IMG/VR virus record: IMGVR_UViG_3300019135_000021
Origin: an uncultured virus (IMG/VR IMGVR_UViG_3300019135_000021)
Lineage: Duplodnaviria > Heunggongvirae > Uroviricota > Caudoviricetes
DNA: 64,000 nt
Reading direction: 5' to 3' (one strand)
The notes under the pieces were generated by a model. The model had not been told where the DNA came from and did no database searches. It worked only from the letters and a program-made list of their open reading frames with translations. The translations under genes and the position numbers were made by a program. Numbering within the stretch: position 1 is the first letter of the stretch; each line of letters opens with the position of its first letter. Below, in pieces: positions 60,051-64,000 of the stretch.

Positions 60051-61994
60051 ATGTTTAAAATGGCATTATCTTATTATGACAAAAGAACGGCAAAGGTTGA
60101 AATTATGGGAGAGCTTAAAAAAAGAGGGTGGAAGGTATATGGATATAAACAAGACAAAAGCGATCCAATGACCGACTATTTCGATCCAGCATCATGGGAT
60201 GGTATTGCAGAAAAAGACGGATACATAATTCTTATTGATATTTCTAAATATGGCCTAGGTAAATCAGGCAAAAAGGTAACGAAAAAAGGTTATACTATTG
60301 ATCATGCTAAAATTGCAAAACTTCAAGCAACAATTAATGATAGTGCAGCAAGTGAAAATGAAAAAGAAACGTCCAGAAAAATCATCGAAAAGATGAGACA
60401 AAAAGAAGAAATGGAAACGGTTGTCGTCTCTCAATATCCTGTTTTTAAACATACCAACCCAGGACGAACAAATTGGCACATTGAAAAAGACGGGGAAATC
60501 ATTGCAAAAGGTAATCGCGCTTTTTCTTTCTTTGATTGGAATAATAAAGAAGAATCGCAAGCTAAACTTGTTAAATTCATTGATGGGTTAGAAAACAAAA
60601 TCAATGAACAATCAAAGCTAATTCCAGTTAAAAAACAGGTTATCAAAAAGGTTGTTAAACCTGTATCAATTGATCTGACTATTGAAGAAGCTCAAGAGGG
60701 ACAAACATACCTTGTAATTGATAAGCCTTTGACATATGGTGTACAACAAGGATATGTTTATAAATTAACTAGGAAACAAACGTTTAACGGTAAATTATCT
60801 GTATCTTTCGTAAGAATGAATAAAAAATTAAATAAAGAGCTTACGGGTTCAAGCAATCCAGCGAACACTATGTACTTTTCCGAATCTAATTTCAAAAGAC
60901 TTTTTGAAAAAGGGTGCTTTCACTTTGCAGAGTTGAAAGAGGTGGAAGAGGTAACGGAAAAGACTGTATATGTAAAGGCAAAAAGAGACACAGCCCAAAA
61001 AGAAAACCTTTTAACAGGTGAATCAGTCGAAACAACAAACAAAGCGGCAGATGAAAACGTACAAGGAACTACAGAAAAAGAAACAACCGTTACATATACA
61101 CTGAACGAAGAGAAAAACGGTGTTGAAATCCGTTTCAGTTCTAAACCATCCGAAGAGATACGGGAGCAGATGAAAGCGGCCGGATTCCGGTGGTCACGTT
61201 ATTCTAAACGTTGGTACGCCAAACAGTCAGACAGTACAATCTCACTGGCTAAAAAACTAAGCTCGAATGATCTTAATAACCAAAAAAACACCTTTGAATA
61301 TCCTGAAATAGATATTGATGATATAGAAACATATGTAATTGATCAAAAGATACAAGACCGCGAACATGATGCACATTGGATTTTTAGAACAACCAAAAGA
61401 GACCATACAAAGGAAATCCAACACCTGTTTAATTCGTGGAATGATGAAGTTAAAAATCTAATTAAAACAACTGATAACAAAAGCGTTATATACCATCTTA
61501 AAAAGGACTTGCAACGGTTCAAAAAGCGTTATTATGATCTGTACGTGAAGTATTTAACCCTAAGAGGGAATAACCTCTCCTGGGCGGTAACTGGACGTGC
61601 TGGGCGTAATATGAATAGATATAACAAGCTAGTAGACCGAGAAAACGCCGTAATGCTTGAGTTTACGGGAATTCCGGAGGAATTTAAAAATAAACTATCC
61701 GAAGCAAAGGACAGAATTAGACATACAAAGAAAGAAAAAATCAAAAAATTGGTTTCGAAGATTAATAATGTTATTGAATTTAAAGCAGAAAATAAAGAAT
61801 TTACTTTTATGAATAATCTAGAAAAAAAGCGGGTTTACACTCACGGGAATTGGTTTATCTGCAAGATATGTGGGGCTTTTAGGATTTTTTATAAAGGAAA
61901 AGAAGTCCATACAATGCTAACAACAGAAACATTAAACGATGCTAAGAAATACGCGACCTATTTAATAAATCAATCCAATACAAAAATATCATAA
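60051..61994 (+). CDS. Large multidomain early protein with YonX-like N-terminus (likely start 60060)
   Basis: 647 aa; GWKVYGY..D.SD.MTDY and NGVEIRFSSKP....LK-type GFRWS...WYA module seen in polyvalent phage/plasmid proteins. Confidence 0.65.
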   Translation: MFKMALSYYDKRTAKVEIMGELKKRGWKVYGYKQDKSDPMTDYFDPASWDGIAEKDGYIILIDISKYGLGKSGKKVTKKGYTIDHAKIAKLQATINDSAASENEKETSRKIIEKMRQKEEMETVVVSQYPVFKHTNPGRTNWHIEKDGEIIAKGNRAFSFFDWNNKEESQAKLVKFIDGLENKINEQSKLIPVKKQVIKKVVKPVSIDLTIEEAQEGQTYLVIDKPLTYGVQQGYVYKLTRKQTFNGKLSVSFVRMNKKLNKELTGSSNPANTMYFSESNFKRLFEKGCFHFAELKEVEEVTEKTVYVKAKRDTAQKENLLTGESVETTNKAADENVQGTTEKETTVTYTLNEEKNGVEIRFSSKPSEEIREQMKAAGFRWSRYSKRWYAKQSDSTISLAKKLSSNDLNNQKNTFEYPEIDIDDIETYVIDQKIQDREHDAHWIFRTTKRDHTKEIQHLFNSWNDEVKNLIKTTDNKSVIYHLKKDLQRFKKRYYDLYVKYLTLRGNNLSWAVTGRAGRNMNRYNKLVDRENAVMLEFTGIPEEFKNKLSEAKDRIRHTKKEKIKKLVSKINNVIEFKAENKEFTFMNNLEKKRVYTHGNWFICKICGAFRIFYKGKEVHTMLTTETLNDAKKYATYLINQSNTKIS

Positions 61995-62008
61995 ATTAAA
62001 AATAAGTA

Positions 62009-62037
62009 TTGACTATTTTAAATAGCCGTAGTATACT
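62009..62037 (+). promoter_or_regulatory. Sigma-A promoter with palindromic operator, copy 3
   Basis: TTGACTATTTTAAATAGCCGTAGTATACT. Confidence 0.8.
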
Positions 62038-62074
62038 ATAAACATACGAAGGACTAGGAACGGAGGTTTTTAAA

Positions 62075-62305
62075 ATGTCTAAAGTAATAATATATGTTCA
62101 TGGTGGAGTGCCCTACATAGAAGAAAATGACACAAATACTAGCGTTATGATAATCGACTGGGACAATGAAGACCAACAAAGTTCATTAGCGGACAGAGAA
62201 GAAAACAGTGTAATCGTTGAAGTGTTCGGAGGTGTAGCAGAGTGCACTCATAAAGGAAAGGGAATAGATGTTGAAATAATTGATTTTGACAACCTAACAA
62301 ACTAA
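62075..62305 (+). CDS. Small acidic protein with internal duplication
   Basis: VIIYVHGGV..V.IIDWDN repeated as VIVEVFGGV..VEIIDFDN; GGAGG RBS. Confidence 0.75.
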   Translation: MSKVIIYVHGGVPYIEENDTNTSVMIIDWDNEDQQSSLADREENSVIVEVFGGVAECTHKGKGIDVEIIDFDNLTN

Positions 62306-62315
62306 TTAAAAGTAA

Positions 62316-62600
62316 TTGTATAAAATCTATATTTTAAACAGATTAGGAGCGATTATAATGGCGTATAAATGGGAAAAAGAATGTTTACAAAAATATGGAA
62401 AGGAAGAAACTTTTCATTTAATCGAAGAACAGCGGGCTTATGAAAGAAAACATAAAGATAATCCTTGTAATAATTGTGGAAATGGGAACCAAGGTGCCAT
62501 TTTAGAATATTCCAAAGGCAAATTGAAAGGTAAGCCCTTTTTAATGCGTTATGGATTATGGTCTAATAAGCGTTGTGAATATTGTGGTAGACACCAGTAA
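62316..62600 (+). CDS. Small zinc-binding protein (likely start MAYKW)
   Basis: CNNC and CEYC motifs; AGGAG RBS. Confidence 0.7.
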   Translation: MYKIYILNRLGAIIMAYKWEKECLQKYGKEETFHLIEEQRAYERKHKDNPCNNCGNGNQGAILEYSKGKLKGKPFLMRYGLWSNKRCEYCGRHQ

Positions 62601-62661
62601 TTGATGTCTTGAATGCTTAAGAGAGATCAAAAATGAATTAAAAATAAATTAAAAATATATG

Positions 62662-62690
62662 TTGACTAATTAAAATAGTCATAGTATAAT
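62662..62690 (+). promoter_or_regulatory. Sigma-A promoter with palindromic operator, copy 4
   Basis: TTGACTAATTAAAATAGTCATAGTATAAT. Confidence 0.8.
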
Positions 62691-62763
62691 AAAAACATAA
62701 GAAAAAGCAATTAATAAAAACCTAAACACTAATTAAAAGTAAAGCATAAAAGAGGAGAAGAAA

Positions 62764-63114
62764 ATGAGAAATAAAAAGTTAATGGAAAAAGTAAATGATT
62801 TAGGTACTCAAAATTTAAGCACAAGAGAGCATAGTACAAGAGTAATGATACAAATAGCAATAATCATGAAAGCGTTTGGAGTTAAAAGAGATGAAATCAA
62901 CAAGCCAGTAAGAGATTATGAGAGAGAGATTATTCTATCCGATGATGAAATAAGAAAAGAATTCTATAGTGAATTAAAATTCCTAAACAGAGTTAAAGAA
63001 AAAAATGATATCGATAAAATAAAAGAGTTTAAAAATGGAGTTCACTATTTTATTGACGCTGTAAGATTTTTTAATGCTAGCTTAGCAGATGAGTTTGAAA
63101 CATATGTTAATTGA
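62764..63114 (+). CDS. Hypothetical early protein
   Basis: 116 aa; GAGGAG RBS. Confidence 0.7.
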   Translation: MRNKKLMEKVNDLGTQNLSTREHSTRVMIQIAIIMKAFGVKRDEINKPVRDYEREIILSDDEIRKEFYSELKFLNRVKEKNDIDKIKEFKNGVHYFIDAVRFFNASLADEFETYVN

Positions 63115-63686
63115 AAAAGAATGGAGCGGTTAAAATGACAAAACAGTATATCATTAAAGATCTTCAAACGGGAGACTTTTCACACCATACTACGCTAAAC
63201 GATATTTTTGAGGACTTGGTTCAAGATTATCTTTCTAATGATTGGACTGATGAAGAAGCCGGGGAGAACGAAACAAAATTTAAACAGTACACAGAAGATG
63301 AAAAAATAGATTTTGTCCAAGACGAGTATGAATATAAATTAATTGCATATCCTACTCCGCAACAGATAGCAGAGTGGGAGGAGTTCACCGGGAGGAAATG
63401 GGAAGAAGCCAAAGAACCTAACAGGGTGTTTGTCGTCTATACTCTGCATATTCGGGACAGAGGGAGAGGAGGGCACACTTGGGGCATTAAAGGTTTGTTC
63501 TATGATCGACACGAAGCAAACAAAAAAGCTATCGCAATAAGGAACGAACATATAGAAGAATGGTACACTTCTAAAAACGACAATTCTTATGAAGTATACG
63601 AGTTTATGAAAGGCTTAAATACTAGCAGTGTAGAGAGTGATAACAGTTCTTTTGAAATCAGTGTAACAGAAGAATATTGCGAGTAA
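63111..63686 (+). CDS. Hypothetical acidic protein (likely start MTKQY)
   Basis: ORF with GGAG RBS. Confidence 0.7.
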   Translation: MKKNGAVKMTKQYIIKDLQTGDFSHHTTLNDIFEDLVQDYLSNDWTDEEAGENETKFKQYTEDEKIDFVQDEYEYKLIAYPTPQQIAEWEEFTGRKWEEAKEPNRVFVVYTLHIRDRGRGGHTWGIKGLFYDRHEANKKAIAIRNEHIEEWYTSKNDNSYEVYEFMKGLNTSSVESDNSSFEISVTEEYCE

Positions 63687-63931
63687 AGATATTTTACATA
63701 GATGGGAAGGAGTTAACAATGACACACAATGAAAAATTACTAAACGCATTAATGCAGTTCAAAAATTCAGCATATGAAATTCGGGATCTTTGGGAGCAAG
63801 CTGACAGCATAACAGATAGTGATCTTTGTGATGATTATCCATTTGATAATGATTTTTGTGAAGTTGTTGAAAAGATAGGTGACTGGGTAATGACACAAAA
63901 TAGCTTATTAAACCAAGATAAAACAAATTAA
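63677..63931 (+). CDS. Hypothetical protein (likely start MTHNE)
   Basis: ORF with AAGGAG RBS. Confidence 0.65.
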   Translation: MRVKIFYIDGKELTMTHNEKLLNALMQFKNSAYEIRDLWEQADSITDSDLCDDYPFDNDFCEVVEKIGDWVMTQNSLLNQDKTN

Positions 63932-64000
63932 AATGATTTATTGTGTAAAAGGGGATGTAACAGACATCGGTATAACAGTCGTGGCGGCGACGTTAAATAG

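Noticed and set aside
532..63551. Numerous short antisense or nested ORFs in the six-frame track
   Set aside because: Shadows of longer well-supported genes without RBS or recognisable motifs

Overview
The window is a large internal segment of an SPbeta-like Bacillus prophage. Left to right: the right end of an IS3-family element; an accessory block (Rok-like repressor, MFS exporter, Rap-Phr pair, BsrE/BsrH-like type I TA); lysis genes; the minus-strand virion operon (yomE to yonG equivalents) interrupted by a variable cargo region beside the YomM tyrosine recombinase; yonJ/yonK; a roughly 1.7 kb cluster of structured RNAs containing a tRNA-Trp and a DIP1984-like gene; yonN (HU); a YonO-type RNA polymerase; then plus-strand early genes (yonT-type TA, GIY-YIG/yonV, yonX-like) under promoters sharing a palindromic operator. 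Main observations: (1) the tape measure gene is split by two ORF-less group I introns, with a large free-standing putative endonuclease next door; (2) the DIP1984-like gene is followed by a 204-nt closed RNA with periodic internal motifs, inside a dense ncRNA cluster that also has an anti-RBS loop matching the yonN start; (3) an orphan MazF/PemK-fold gene has its own downstream sRNA; (4) head and tail proteins share a C-terminal KAVDIGD tag; (5) a GIY-YIG nuclease is fused to a duplicate of the YonV C-terminal domain. SPbeta gene names come from recalled sequence similarity and synteny, not from database searches.
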